A stretch of 64,000 nt of DNA. Source: Salinivirgaceae bacterium (GTDB taxonomy: Bacteria > Bacteroidota > Bacteroidia > Bacteroidales > SZUA-534). Location: the NCBI GenBank assembly GCA_017650325.1, contig JAGCFC010000166.1, forward strand, positions 1,131 to 65,130. Reading direction: 5' to 3'. The number at the start of each line of letters is the position of its first letter. Within the stretch, counting starts at the first letter, position 1. Shown here in pieces: positions 19,501 through 28,400 of this stretch. Both the position numbers and the translations under genes were made by a program. The notes under the pieces are model-generated. The model did not search any database. It was not told where the DNA came from and saw only the letters and a list, made by a program, of their open reading frames with translations.

Positions 19501-20107
19501 TGGTTATCTGGTTGTATGTGAGAATAAAAGCAAGTTTATGCGGTTTTGGCCGGAGTTGACCAACGTTGTCGGTAATTTCAAATTCGGATTGAAATCACAA
19601 GGTGCTGTGCTGTTATATGACGCTGATGGTAATTTGATTGATGATGTAGAGTATGACAATAAATCACCATGGCCGAAACAAGCTGATGGTGACGGATATA
19701 CTCTGTCGTTGGCCGATCCGTTTGCCGACAATTCGTTTGCATGGCAGTGGGAGAGTCCGACACTGTTCGGAACGCCTGGAGCGCAAAATGATAATTACAT
19801 TGGTATGCCTCTTTCGGTAGATGACTCAACTGCATCCTTTATGACTCAACCATTCGCCATGTGCTGTCCTAATCCATTTGACAATAATGCTGAGATATGC
19901 TGGAGCCAGGATGCTGGAGCCAATGTGCGGATTGAGATTATATCGGCTCAAGGGCGGGTTTTGGCCGATTTGGGGCGAAAATGGTATGCCGGGGGTGATC
20001 ATTCCATCAACATAACAGATGCTGTCAAATGGCAGACTGGTTTGTATTTCGCCAAAATAGCTATTGATGGCTGCCAACCGTTGGTAATCAAAATTCTAAG
20101 ACAATAG
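16574..20107 (+). CDS. LTD-CotH-LTD protein with T9SS C-terminal sorting domain (paralog 3, with nested extra module)
   Basis: Same architecture (VINEYCPS..DWLELYNSG..GWHLSD; PIYYTTDGTEPT; LRNSGNDWYSTMFRDALITRL..LNGEYWGILNIREK; GDWPGNNCKFWHPQVEGGRWRWIAYDTDFGFG; IVINEINYKSEDGQDTKDWVELFNTT; MCCPNP..GLYFAKIAIDG) plus a ~200-aa insertion in the first LTD. Start set at ATG 16574 (MKRIVLSV..). Confidence 0.8.
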   Translation: MKRIVLSVLVLALTTINAGAQVVINEYCPSTSVMADEDGDTSDWLELYNSGSGEVNLQGWHLSDRMDNLAKWTFPAVTMPPQSYLLVYASGKDRYEYEAGKKTYMSPLIKWGDEFAYAIGSDTIRKNWYSIGYNDSKWLRGKSGFGYGNKNVATQVPSGTMSIFVRKKFNVSNLSDIVQLILDLDYDDGFVIYINGKEVARENLGSKGVDPSYAEATPDYVNPLLSNSQPTKRIILNNFTDYLVEGENLFAARIHNISETSSDLLLIPFLTISTTQPGNETVDDVLNLKGTITGKYLHTNFGFSSDGEVVYLSDSTGRIVHQTDRTAVPHNVSRGLANDGSGSWLFFTEPTPGLPNSTKSFPTAETAYVRIEPTGGLYNSTVMVSMVSNIEGPIYYTTDGTEPTMESAVYSEPIEVSSTTIFRAISYCDTLLPMMPATQSYLFANHEITLPVFSLVTDPYNLFDYNYGIYADGPNAEAADPHYGANYHKDWERPLHVELFWPDGTTKICQNAGVKIAGAWSRAWAQKSFAIHARNAYGNNMFECKLFGDKDISEFKSFVLRNSGNDWYSTMFRDALITRLVRNNNIDIQAYQPSVVYLNGEYWGILNIREKINEHYVANNNNWVDADNVDLLETNGTRIHGEAKHYNAVKSYLNSHSMYSTDNYNYIATQIDIDEFIEYMVLEIYCNNGDWPGNNCKFWHPQVEGGRWRWIAYDTDFGFGLYSSGYDEDNLGSCMQNTSGPAFVLNKLLGNATFKRNFVNRFADRMNREFKAGVVNSLIDSLSSVISSEIVYHNNRWHAIGSWKNNIADMKTFVSGRPGQMRQFIRNNLSVGSNVTITVDVSDEEGGYVQLNSLAIKEFPWSGIYFSNNPITISAIARPGYEFVGWKEKGDVNPELMLAVKKNTTFTAVFEKSDVKYNSIVINEINYKSEDGQDTKDWVELFNTTAADIDISDWMLTDATRLKDYIMPKGTKVPAYGYLVVCENKSKFMRFWPELTNVVGNFKFGLKSQGAVLLYDADGNLIDDVEYDNKSPWPKQADGDGYTLSLADPFADNSFAWQWESPTLFGTPGAQNDNYIGMPLSVDDSTASFMTQPFAMCCPNPFDNNAEICWSQDAGANVRIEIISAQGRVLADLGRKWYAGGDHSINITDAVKWQTGLYFAKIAIDGCQPLVIKILRQ

Positions 20108-20914
20108 ACAGCCTTCAGGTGTGGCTGGTTCAGATGGTTGCACAACCGGGATTTTTTGGAAGGCCTTAATAGCGCAGAGTGTTACTAAGGCGCATATAAT
20201 TAGAATAATAGCGTGGTTCATTGGCCCTCCAAAATAGTCAGTTATCGATGTGTTCATGTCGCCAGAAAGGTAGCCTAGAAGGAAACCGGCAGTATTGTTG
20301 GCCCAATGCATGAAAATTCCAATCCAGATGCTGCGTGTGCGCCAGAAAAGCCATCCCATGGCGCATCCGATGATGAATGCCGCGATGAACTGCCATGGGT
20401 TGAGGTGTGCGATGCCGAAAATCACAGCCGACCATATTATTGCTTTGCGAGGCTCGTAGCGGCGTAACAATGCCGCCAGAATAATGCCGCGGAACAGCCA
20501 CTCCTCAAGAAACGGAGCAATGATACCAACAGTCAGATAACCAGCAAAATCCAGCGATATTGCTTCGCTGAAAATCTTTGCCACAAAATCGGGCATCGGA
20601 ATCAGCGAGCAGATCGATTCGCTGATTATCGATAAGGCGAATGTCATTAGCAACGCAATTGGGAATAATATCAGTTTTACTTTTTTATAATCAGTAACTT
20701 TCAGATTCCAAACAAAATACACAACAGCAAGTGTCGCGGCAAATTGCAGAATGTAGCCGAACATGACTATCCACGATTTCAAGTTTGGAGCGGCAACCAG
20801 AAGGGTGCTTGTTGCAAGAGTGGCGGGTATGGTCATAACAATGGTTATGCCCAAAATGGCAAAAGCCCGACCTATTGTTATGGAGTTATCTGTTTGTGAT
20901 ATTGTGTTTTCCAT
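20096..20914 (-). CDS. CPBP family intramembrane glutamic endopeptidase (CAAX protease/Abi-like)
   Basis: Polytopic membrane protein carrying the three CPBP motifs: EEWLFR (EExxxR), FGIAH (FxxxH) and HWANN (HxxxN). Its ATG overlaps the NfeD stop (TAATG). Its 3' end overlaps the convergent CotH paralog 3 by 12 nt. Confidence 0.8.
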   Translation of the reverse strand: MENTISQTDNSITIGRAFAILGITIVMTIPATLATSTLLVAAPNLKSWIVMFGYILQFAATLAVVYFVWNLKVTDYKKVKLILFPIALLMTFALSIISESICSLIPMPDFVAKIFSEAISLDFAGYLTVGIIAPFLEEWLFRGIILAALLRRYEPRKAIIWSAVIFGIAHLNPWQFIAAFIIGCAMGWLFWRTRSIWIGIFMHWANNTAGFLLGYLSGDMNTSITDYFGGPMNHAIILIICALVTLCAIKAFQKIPVVQPSEPATPEGCLLS

Positions 20915-22311
20915 TATTTGTCTGATTTAGGCTTAACGTACAATTGCCCGGCCTCACATCCGGTTATCTCAACTTCAGAATCCTTGTCGATGAATCCGTA
21001 AACTGATTTTGCATCGAAATAGTGTCCGTCAATGCTTATTTTTCCCGATGGGCGAAGTACTGTGGCGGCAACGGCTTCTTTGCCTATAAACTGCTTTAAA
21101 TCGGGACTTACGGCAACAAAACCGTCTTCAGTCTGCTGTGAGGCGGTGAGCGACAGGCGGTTGCCGAAAATAGTCGCTGTGTAGAATTTCGAACTGATCC
21201 AGATGCAACCCGCAATTGACGCCGCAGCCGACAGAGTTACAAGTAAAAACGATTTCACAATGTCATCGGGCGAAATGTCGGGGGTGTGTCCGCCGCCGAA
21301 ATCGCCAATCATGGCAAGGGTTAGTCCAATCACAGCCAGGACAATGCCGGAAATGCCGCATACACCGAATCCCGGAAAAGCGAACAGTTCAACCACAATG
21401 AGCACAATACCCAGAATAAAAATGGCAATTTCCCAATGTGCGGCAAGGCCTTCAAGGTAGAGCGGCGCAAAGTAGAGAATGGCGGCCACAACAGCAATCA
21501 CTGACGGGAACCCGATGCCTGGCGATTGCATCTCAAAGTAGATGCCGCCTATGATGGCCATGATGAGCAGACCTTGTAAGGCTGGATTCATGAGCCACCC
21601 TAGCGCCTTGTCGAGTCCTGTGGGTTCATATTCCTTTATTATTGCATTATGGTATCCCGATTGTTCGATTACCTCGTTGATGTTTTCGGCCAAGCCATCG
21701 CAGAATCCATATTTGATGGCTTCGTTGGAAGTGAATGTAAGTACTTTTCCTGTGTCAATCAGATGGGAAATATAGACATCAGGGTCAACCATGGCTTCAG
21801 CGATCTGCGGGTCGCGTTTCCATTTCAGGATGGTGTCGGAACCGTTTATTATTGTGTCACAACCGTGAGCTTCGGCAGTTGAACGCATTATGCCGCGCAT
21901 GTAACTTTGGTATTTGTCGGGCATTGCAGAGCCACTTTGGTTTACAACCGTTGCCGCACCAATGCTGGCACCTTTGCGCATGTAGATCTTATTGCAGGCT
22001 ATGGCTATTAGAGCGCCAGCCGATGCCGCGTTGTTGTCGACGAATGCTATGACAGGAATGTCGCAGTTTAGAATTCGGGTGCGTATTGAGTCCGCATCGA
22101 CAACAGCGCCACCATATGTGTTCATGTGAATGAGAACCATGTCGGCACTATCGCGGCTGGCCATGTCAAAAGCGTGTTGGGTTTTAATCCAAAGTGCGGG
22201 ACCAACATCTTCGGTCATCTCCAATTTAATCACTTTTGCCGCATCGTCAGCGGCAGTAGTGGCAAGGCTTGCCCCAAGCAAGGTGATCAGAAGAATTGCA
22301 AGTTTTTTCAT
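20914..22311 (-). CDS. NfeD family membrane-bound ClpP-class serine protease (long form)
   Basis: Signal or TM segment, then a ClpP-like domain (LIHMNTYGGAVVDADSIRTRILNCDIPVIAFVDNNAASAGALIAIACNKIYM), a multi-TM block and a C-terminal NfeD-like beta domain (GKEAVAATVLRPSGKISIDGHYFDAKS..GQLYVKP). Track start trimmed to ATG 22311 (MKKLAILL..). Confidence 0.75.
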   Translation of the reverse strand: MKKLAILLITLLGASLATTAADDAAKVIKLEMTEDVGPALWIKTQHAFDMASRDSADMVLIHMNTYGGAVVDADSIRTRILNCDIPVIAFVDNNAASAGALIAIACNKIYMRKGASIGAATVVNQSGSAMPDKYQSYMRGIMRSTAEAHGCDTIINGSDTILKWKRDPQIAEAMVDPDVYISHLIDTGKVLTFTSNEAIKYGFCDGLAENINEVIEQSGYHNAIIKEYEPTGLDKALGWLMNPALQGLLIMAIIGGIYFEMQSPGIGFPSVIAVVAAILYFAPLYLEGLAAHWEIAIFILGIVLIVVELFAFPGFGVCGISGIVLAVIGLTLAMIGDFGGGHTPDISPDDIVKSFLLVTLSAAASIAGCIWISSKFYTATIFGNRLSLTASQQTEDGFVAVSPDLKQFIGKEAVAATVLRPSGKISIDGHYFDAKSVYGFIDKDSEVEITGCEAGQLYVKPKSDK

Positions 22312-22335
22312 TTCTGTGTCTGAAACTTTTCTACA

Positions 22336-22343
22336 CAAATCTA
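22336..22343 (-). promoter_or_regulatory. Candidate -7 promoter box (TAGATTTG on minus strand)
   Basis: TAnnTTTG match 24 nt upstream of ATG 22311. Confidence 0.45.
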
Positions 22344-22461
22344 TCAAAATATTTGTCCATTTGCATTACCGGCACGCATTTGAAATGCGCGGCATCATGC
22401 TCCAAGTTGTTTGATGCGGCTACTTGCCCGAAAATTCAGCCTTTAATGGCAGGTTGGTAAT

Positions 22462-22492
22462 AAAAACGGCCCCGTTTTATCGGAGCCGTTCT
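22462..22492 (-). terminator. Candidate terminator after the esterase gene
   Basis: AAAACGGCCCCGTTTT (22463-22478) and AACGGC / GCCGTT (22465-22470 / 22485-22490) can form hairpins next to a T-rich tract on the minus strand. Confidence 0.4.
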
Positions 22493-22514
22493 TCAAATAT
22501 TCGATTTGTACGTA

Positions 22515-23477
22515 TTATTTCTTTGCTTTGCGGGCCTCGTTCAAGAAATTGACCACTTTGGCCAGGTTCTCTTTCGAGTACATGTTGAACCCGTGTCCGC
22601 CGTCTTCAACAGGAATGAAATCTGTTTTTACGCCTTTTGCTTTCAGTGCGTTGTAGAAACTTTCGCCCTGGCAGAATGGTACTACATTGTCTTTTTTGCC
22701 GTGGCAGACAATGATTGGCGGGTCAGACGGGTCAATGTATGCTGTTGCGCTCAAAGCTTTGTAGCGGTTCTCGTTGCCCTCGCGCGGAACACCCAAAACC
22801 ACCTCCTCTGGCGATGTGGGCATCTTCATGGCCTCACCACAATCCATGTGTTGCAAGTCAACCGGACCTGACCAGTCGCAGGCAGCGTCAACACTGCTGC
22901 TGAAGTTGGTAAATGAGCCCACGTTGCCTTCAAGGTCAACCTCGTAGCCGTCAACATTGGCAACCTTCTCGTTGCGCGTTGTGGCCGCAAGCGAGGCGAG
23001 GTGTCCGCCCGACGAGAAGCCCGATGTGGCGATGAACGAGGTGTTGAATTTGTACTTTTCGGCATTGCCGCGTACAAAGCGAATAACGGCCTTGATATCG
23101 TTTATTTGAGCAGGATATTTGGCGTCTCCACTCGAACGGTGGTTTGGTGTTACAACAGCATAGCCCGCATCGAGAAGAGCAGCGCAGATGGTGTTGAGGT
23201 CAGCCGCGCCCTTCGAGTTGTTGCTGAACCATGCGCTTCCGTAGATATGGATAACCACAGGATAGCTTTCTTTTTCTTCTTTAGGCAGATAGATGTCGAG
23301 GTTGTGGTAAACCTCATTGTCACCCGCATAGTTGATGTTGAGGAATTTTTGTGAGTAGCGCATAGTGTCGGTGCTGCTCTGGTTACCGCCAAAACCACCG
23401 AAACCGCCTCCTGGCATTTGTGCAAAACCGACTATGCTTAATAAGCCGGCTGCAAGTGTTAGTCCTAGTTTTTTCAT
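22515..23477 (-). CDS. Secreted alpha/beta hydrolase, carbohydrate-esterase-like
   Basis: Signal peptide (MKKLGLTLAAGLLSIVGFAQ) and a Gly-rich linker. LDIYLPKEEKESYPVVIHIYGSAWF, nucleophile elbow GFSSGGH (GxSxG), and C-terminal HGKKDNVVP..GGHGF. Track start trimmed to ATG 23477. Confidence 0.7.
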   Translation of the reverse strand: MKKLGLTLAAGLLSIVGFAQMPGGGFGGFGGNQSSTDTMRYSQKFLNINYAGDNEVYHNLDIYLPKEEKESYPVVIHIYGSAWFSNNSKGAADLNTICAALLDAGYAVVTPNHRSSGDAKYPAQINDIKAVIRFVRGNAEKYKFNTSFIATSGFSSGGHLASLAATTRNEKVANVDGYEVDLEGNVGSFTNFSSSVDAACDWSGPVDLQHMDCGEAMKMPTSPEEVVLGVPREGNENRYKALSATAYIDPSDPPIIVCHGKKDNVVPFCQGESFYNALKAKGVKTDFIPVEDGGHGFNMYSKENLAKVVNFLNEARKAKK

Positions 23478-23504
23478 AGAAAAAAAGTTTAAATCATTAC
23501 ACAA

Positions 23505-23512
23505 CAAATTTA
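23505..23512 (-). promoter_or_regulatory. Candidate -7 promoter box (TAAATTTG on minus strand)
   Basis: TAnnTTTG match 27 nt upstream of ATG 23477 and downstream of the SusD terminator. This suggests the esterase is a separate transcription unit. Confidence 0.45.
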
Positions 23513-23560
23513 ACAATAGAGTTGGTATTGTGTAGTGGTCGCGGTGTGTTTTCTAATAAT

Positions 23561-23592
23561 AAAAAAGGCCGACGTGAGTCGGCCCTTTTATT
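23561..23592. terminator. Bidirectional hairpin terminator between SusD and the esterase gene
   Basis: Stem GGCCGAC / GTCGGCC (23567-23573 / 23578-23584) with loop GTGA, flanked by an A-run upstream and a T-run downstream. Confidence 0.65.
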
Positions 23593-23606
23593 ATTCAACA
23601 GATAAA

Positions 23607-25469
23607 TTATTCTTCTGTAGTTTCAGCTGTTGTCCAGCCTTCGTGTTGTTTGATGTTCGGATTTACCTGAATCTCACTAAACGGAATCGGGAAATATCTG
23701 TATTTGTTAAGCTGATCAGACTTTGATGCGTCCAAACCAGTAGGATTCGAACCATTAGGATTCTTTCTAACAATATAGAATCTGTGTTTTCCTTCTACAT
23801 CGCCAGTTCCTTTTTCAGGACCATTGGCATCGAACATTGCATCGTACAATTCCGGAATGTTTGTACCATTATCCTTAAGTCTGTCAAAGACACTAAGGTC
23901 ATTGTCTTGAATGCTCCAACGAACCATATCAGCCCAGCGGCAGCCTTCAGCAAACAACTCGAAACGTTTCTCCTGTTTAACAGCGTCCAGAGTCAGTTCT
24001 GAGCTTACAGTTGCAGAACCGGCACGATTCTGGATGGCGTTCAGATATTTCAAACCATCATTGTCGTTGGTTCTTGCGCAAGCCTCAGCATAGAGGAGGT
24101 AAGCTTCGCCCAAACGAGCAAGAAGGACATTTCTCAAAGATACATTGTCTTTTCCAGGATATAACTCCTCAATACGAGCTTGACGTTTGTACTCCCAGAA
24201 ATAAGTGTATGCATACAGATAGGTCTCAATACCGCGTTTATTGTCGGCTTCCTTTTCTTCACGAGTCAGAGGAGTACCGTCTTTCTTGAGGTCTTTCTTT
24301 GCACCATAGCTCATTTCATAAAGAGCTTCATTGACATGCTTCATCCATGCTTTACGACGCCATCTTTTGTCTTTGTCAGCATCCTTCTCATATACGAGTG
24401 TTGTTGCAAAATCGTCAAGATCAGCATCCTCAGGGATTTTAGTATTGCAATCGTTATTTAAGAAGTCGCGGCACCAATCCAGGCGTAAGCCAAGACCACC
24501 CCAACCCATCTGGATCTCTTCAGGGCTGCCGGCCATGTGGCCAGAACGCCAGTTCATAATGTTAGAGTACATCCAGTTACTGCGGTCGATGATACCGTTC
24601 CAGTCAGAAGAACCGCTGTTGTATGCAAAGTTTGCAGACATAATTTGCTCTTCATTGCCATCACCCATTTTCAGGAATGTCTCGCCGATGCGTTCTCCAG
24701 GAACAAGTGCATAGTTTGTTGATTCAACAAGAGGCTTGAGTGCGCTCTTCGATTTGTCAAATTCACCAGCAAACATATACGATTTACCAGCTACAAACTG
24801 AGCAAAACCTTTGGTAACTTTGACAGTACCGTCTTTATCAGAAGTTCCTTGACGTTCGTCAAGATCATCCACAACTGCCATGCATTCGTCACCACACCAT
24901 GTCAGCAACTCGTTGTGGTCGCTGTTGGTAATGACTTCGCTACCAGTAAGCACTTCAGTGATTTTCGGAGGATCGTTCCAAACAATTGCAAGCATCATGT
25001 GAGCGTATGCACGGATCACGCGAGCCTCGCCAACACATCTTTTCTGAACAGCCGACAACTCACTGCCATCGCTTCCAACATTGTTGATAATCAAGTTGGC
25101 GCCATAGATAATGCGATAGAATGATTTGTACATATCGGTTAAATCTCCATGGTCAGAAGCGTAACGGAATTCGTTTAATTGCGCCATGAAGTCGTTGTCA
25201 CCATAGAACTCACCTGCAGCGTACATATCATCACCACACAAGTTGTAGGTGAAGAAGAATGCATTGTGAATACCATTTACGTTGGCATTAGTTATCGATT
25301 TTTCGAAAATCTCATACATACCATTCAATGCATTTTGTGCATCGTCGTCAGTTTTGTAGAAGGTATCGATTGAGTAAACACCCTTCTGAGGCTCCTCAAG
25401 TTTATCTTCACAGGCTGTAGCCATTATGGCACATGCGCCTATCAGTATTGAAAATTTTAATTTATTCAT
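23607..25469 (-). CDS. SusD/RagB family nutrient-binding outer-membrane lipoprotein
   Basis: Lipoprotein signal (IGACAIMATAC). About 620 aa, immediately downstream (12-nt gap) of a SusC-like gene. Ends with the SusD-typical C-terminal block (RWADMVRW, YFPIPFSEIQVNPNIKQHEGW). Confidence 0.85.
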   Translation of the reverse strand: MNKLKFSILIGACAIMATACEDKLEEPQKGVYSIDTFYKTDDDAQNALNGMYEIFEKSITNANVNGIHNAFFFTYNLCGDDMYAAGEFYGDNDFMAQLNEFRYASDHGDLTDMYKSFYRIIYGANLIINNVGSDGSELSAVQKRCVGEARVIRAYAHMMLAIVWNDPPKITEVLTGSEVITNSDHNELLTWCGDECMAVVDDLDERQGTSDKDGTVKVTKGFAQFVAGKSYMFAGEFDKSKSALKPLVESTNYALVPGERIGETFLKMGDGNEEQIMSANFAYNSGSSDWNGIIDRSNWMYSNIMNWRSGHMAGSPEEIQMGWGGLGLRLDWCRDFLNNDCNTKIPEDADLDDFATTLVYEKDADKDKRWRRKAWMKHVNEALYEMSYGAKKDLKKDGTPLTREEKEADNKRGIETYLYAYTYFWEYKRQARIEELYPGKDNVSLRNVLLARLGEAYLLYAEACARTNDNDGLKYLNAIQNRAGSATVSSELTLDAVKQEKRFELFAEGCRWADMVRWSIQDNDLSVFDRLKDNGTNIPELYDAMFDANGPEKGTGDVEGKHRFYIVRKNPNGSNPTGLDASKSDQLNKYRYFPIPFSEIQVNPNIKQHEGWTTAETTEE

Positions 25470-25481
25470 AGTTAATCAATT

Positions 25482-28400
25482 TTAGAATGTTACACTAACA
25501 CCGAAAATTAACTTCTTTGATACCGGATATGTACCAAGGTCGATACCCATCTGGTCAGCGTTTTCTGTTGTAGCTGTCTCAGGATCAAGACCAGGGTATT
25601 TTGTGATGGTAAAGAAGTCGTCGAGTGATACAAATACTCTTGCGTTCTGGATATAAGCTTTCTTAGTTATATCGGCAGGAAGTGTGTAACCCAATTGTAT
25701 TTGTTTAAACTTGAAGTAATCGCCTTTGAAGATGTTGGCGTCAGATGCCCAGAAGTCAGATCTTGTCTTGCATTCCTCAGGATTCGGGAATTTAGCATTG
25801 CGATTGTCTTCTGACCAAGAGTTTTTGTGGTAGTACTCAAGGGTGTTGTTATACTGACGGTCGGTACGGAACAATACAGGGAAGATACTGTTTCCACCAA
25901 CACCAGTACCGAATACAGTAAAGTCGAAACCTTTGTATTCCAGGTTGATTGTCAAGCCATAGGTGTATTTAGGCATGCCTTGGCCAATATCAGTACGGTC
26001 AGCATCGGTAACTTTGCCGTCGCCATCAAGGTCTTGCAACTCGAATGTACCGTCTTCAGGATTGATGTGGTCAAGTTTGTAGCCGTAGAAGTACCAAATT
26101 GGGTGACCCTCTTCAAACGCGTTTCTGATCTGGTTTACATAGTATGAACCATGCAGAATGCGTGCACCTGCATCGGGGTGGATATAAGTAACCTTGTTCT
26201 TCAGAGTAGAGAAGTTTCCGTTTACTGAATAGTTGAAGTCGCCAAGTTTGTCTTTCCATCCTAATTCGATTTCAAGACCTTTGTTTTCAATCTCACCGGC
26301 GTTTTTGGTTACGCTAGAGAAACCAACCTCAAGCATAGGAGTTACGTCAACCAAGAGGTCTTTTGTGGTCTTCTTGTACCAGTCGATGCCAAGTGACAGA
26401 CGGCTGTTCAGGAAGCGTGCGTCAAGACCAAGGTCGATCTGCTCTGATGTCTCCCATTTCAAATCAGGGTTAGCCAAACGTGATGGAAGTGAGCCGTAAG
26501 ATTTTGAGGCGCCATCTTCAACACCGTATTGGTACCAACTTTGGTTGTAGTTCAAAGATGCTTTGTATGGGTAGCCGTTCAACACGTTGATGTTACCATT
26601 GCGGCCCCATGATGCACGCAACTTCAAGAACGACATAATGTCGGTGCTGATGTTATCCTTGATGAAGCTTTCGTTGCTGAGTGTCCAACCAGCAGATACT
26701 GATGGGAATTTACCCCAACGGTTTTCTTTTGAAAGTTTTGAATCATCGAATGCGTCAGCACGGAAGTTGAATTGCAAGCTGTACTTGTTATCGTAAGAAT
26801 ATGTCAAACGACCAAAGTAAGACATGTTAGCCGAGCGGCTTGGTGAGTTGCCGAACGATTTTTTGCACAATTTTTCGGTATTTGTGGTTTTGATGGTAAC
26901 GCTCTCGATGTCGTCAATAGTTGCAGTAGAGCCCTTGACAAACGATACTGTAACTTCGTCTTTCGACAGAGTGCTTGTACCTTCTGTTACGTTCTCCTGC
27001 TCTTGAACATAGCTCAGATAGCGGAATTGCTCATCATAAGCAGGCAGAATGCCTTTACCTTGAGCTGAACCATCGACATTGTCGCTTTTGTTCTCAATGT
27101 ATGACATACCGGCCATTACACCGACATTGCTCTTACCAAAGTCAACATTGTAGTTGAAGAAGTTCTCCCACTGATAGTATAAGCCAGTGTTTGCTGCAGC
27201 TGACAAGTTGTATTCCTGGCTCAATGCCATACTGTTTGCCCAATATGGGGTAGAATAGCTGTGTCTGGTGCTGTAGTTGAGACGGTAGCCTAAACGAGAA
27301 GTGTAAACAAAACCTTTGAACGGAGAAAGGTTTGCGAATGCAGTACCGCGAACAGATACACCGCCATTGTCAGCGTTAGTACGATACAATTGGATAAGCG
27401 GAGAACCGTGGTCGTTTTCTACATATTTTGATACTGCAAGCAGACGGCCGTCATCGTCTCTAACTGCGAGAGATGGGTCTGCTTCGTATTTAGTCTGGTT
27501 TGCAGATGGGAAATCCTCGAAGCTGTCATAGTAAACCGGAGTCAACGGGTCGTTCTGAATAACGGCCATCATCACAGAGTTGGTCTCGCTTCTGTGCGAT
27601 ACTGATTTTGTTGACCATTTTTCAATAGAAGTGTTAGTTCCAACGGTCAACCAATCTTTAATCTTGTAGTCGGCGTTGATTTGTGAAGACAGACGTTTAT
27701 AAACATCGCGATCACCTACAACAATACCATTGTTGTCAAGGAAGTTCAACGATACAAAATAGTGGCCGCGTTGGTTGCCACCCTGCATTGACAAAGAGTG
27801 TTGGTGAGTCTGGCTTTTCTCAAACAAAGCGTCAGCCCAGTCGGTATCAATTTCACCATCGTCGCCTCTTGCTTCCATGTCGGCCTCAATGTTAATGCCC
27901 TGCATTTTCTTGAAGTCGATGAATTGCTCACGGTTCATTACACCAGGTTTCTTTGCCAATTGGTTCTGTGTGAACTTGTAGCTGTAGGTGATGGTTCCTT
28001 CGCCCTTGTCCTGACCAGATTTGGTTGTGATGAGCACAACACCGTTACCTGCTTCAGCACCGTAGATGGCAGCTGATGCGGCGTCCTTCAAAATCTCCAT
28101 TGATTCAATCATTGAGGGGTCGAGGTATTGGATGTTGTCCACCTTCAAACCGTCAACGATCAACAGAGGTCCGATGTTACCACTGTTAGAAGAATAACCA
28201 CGAACGCGGATGGCAGCGCCTTGACCAGGAGCACCAGAGTAGTTCAGAATCTGAACGCCAGATGCCTTACCTTGCAGAGCTGAAGCTGCGTCGGTGATTG
28301 AAAGTTTCTTGAGGTCGTCAGAACGCACCGAAGCAACTGAACCAGTCAAGTCGCTCTTCTTTTGCGTACCGTAACCAACGACTACAACCTCGCTCAAGCC

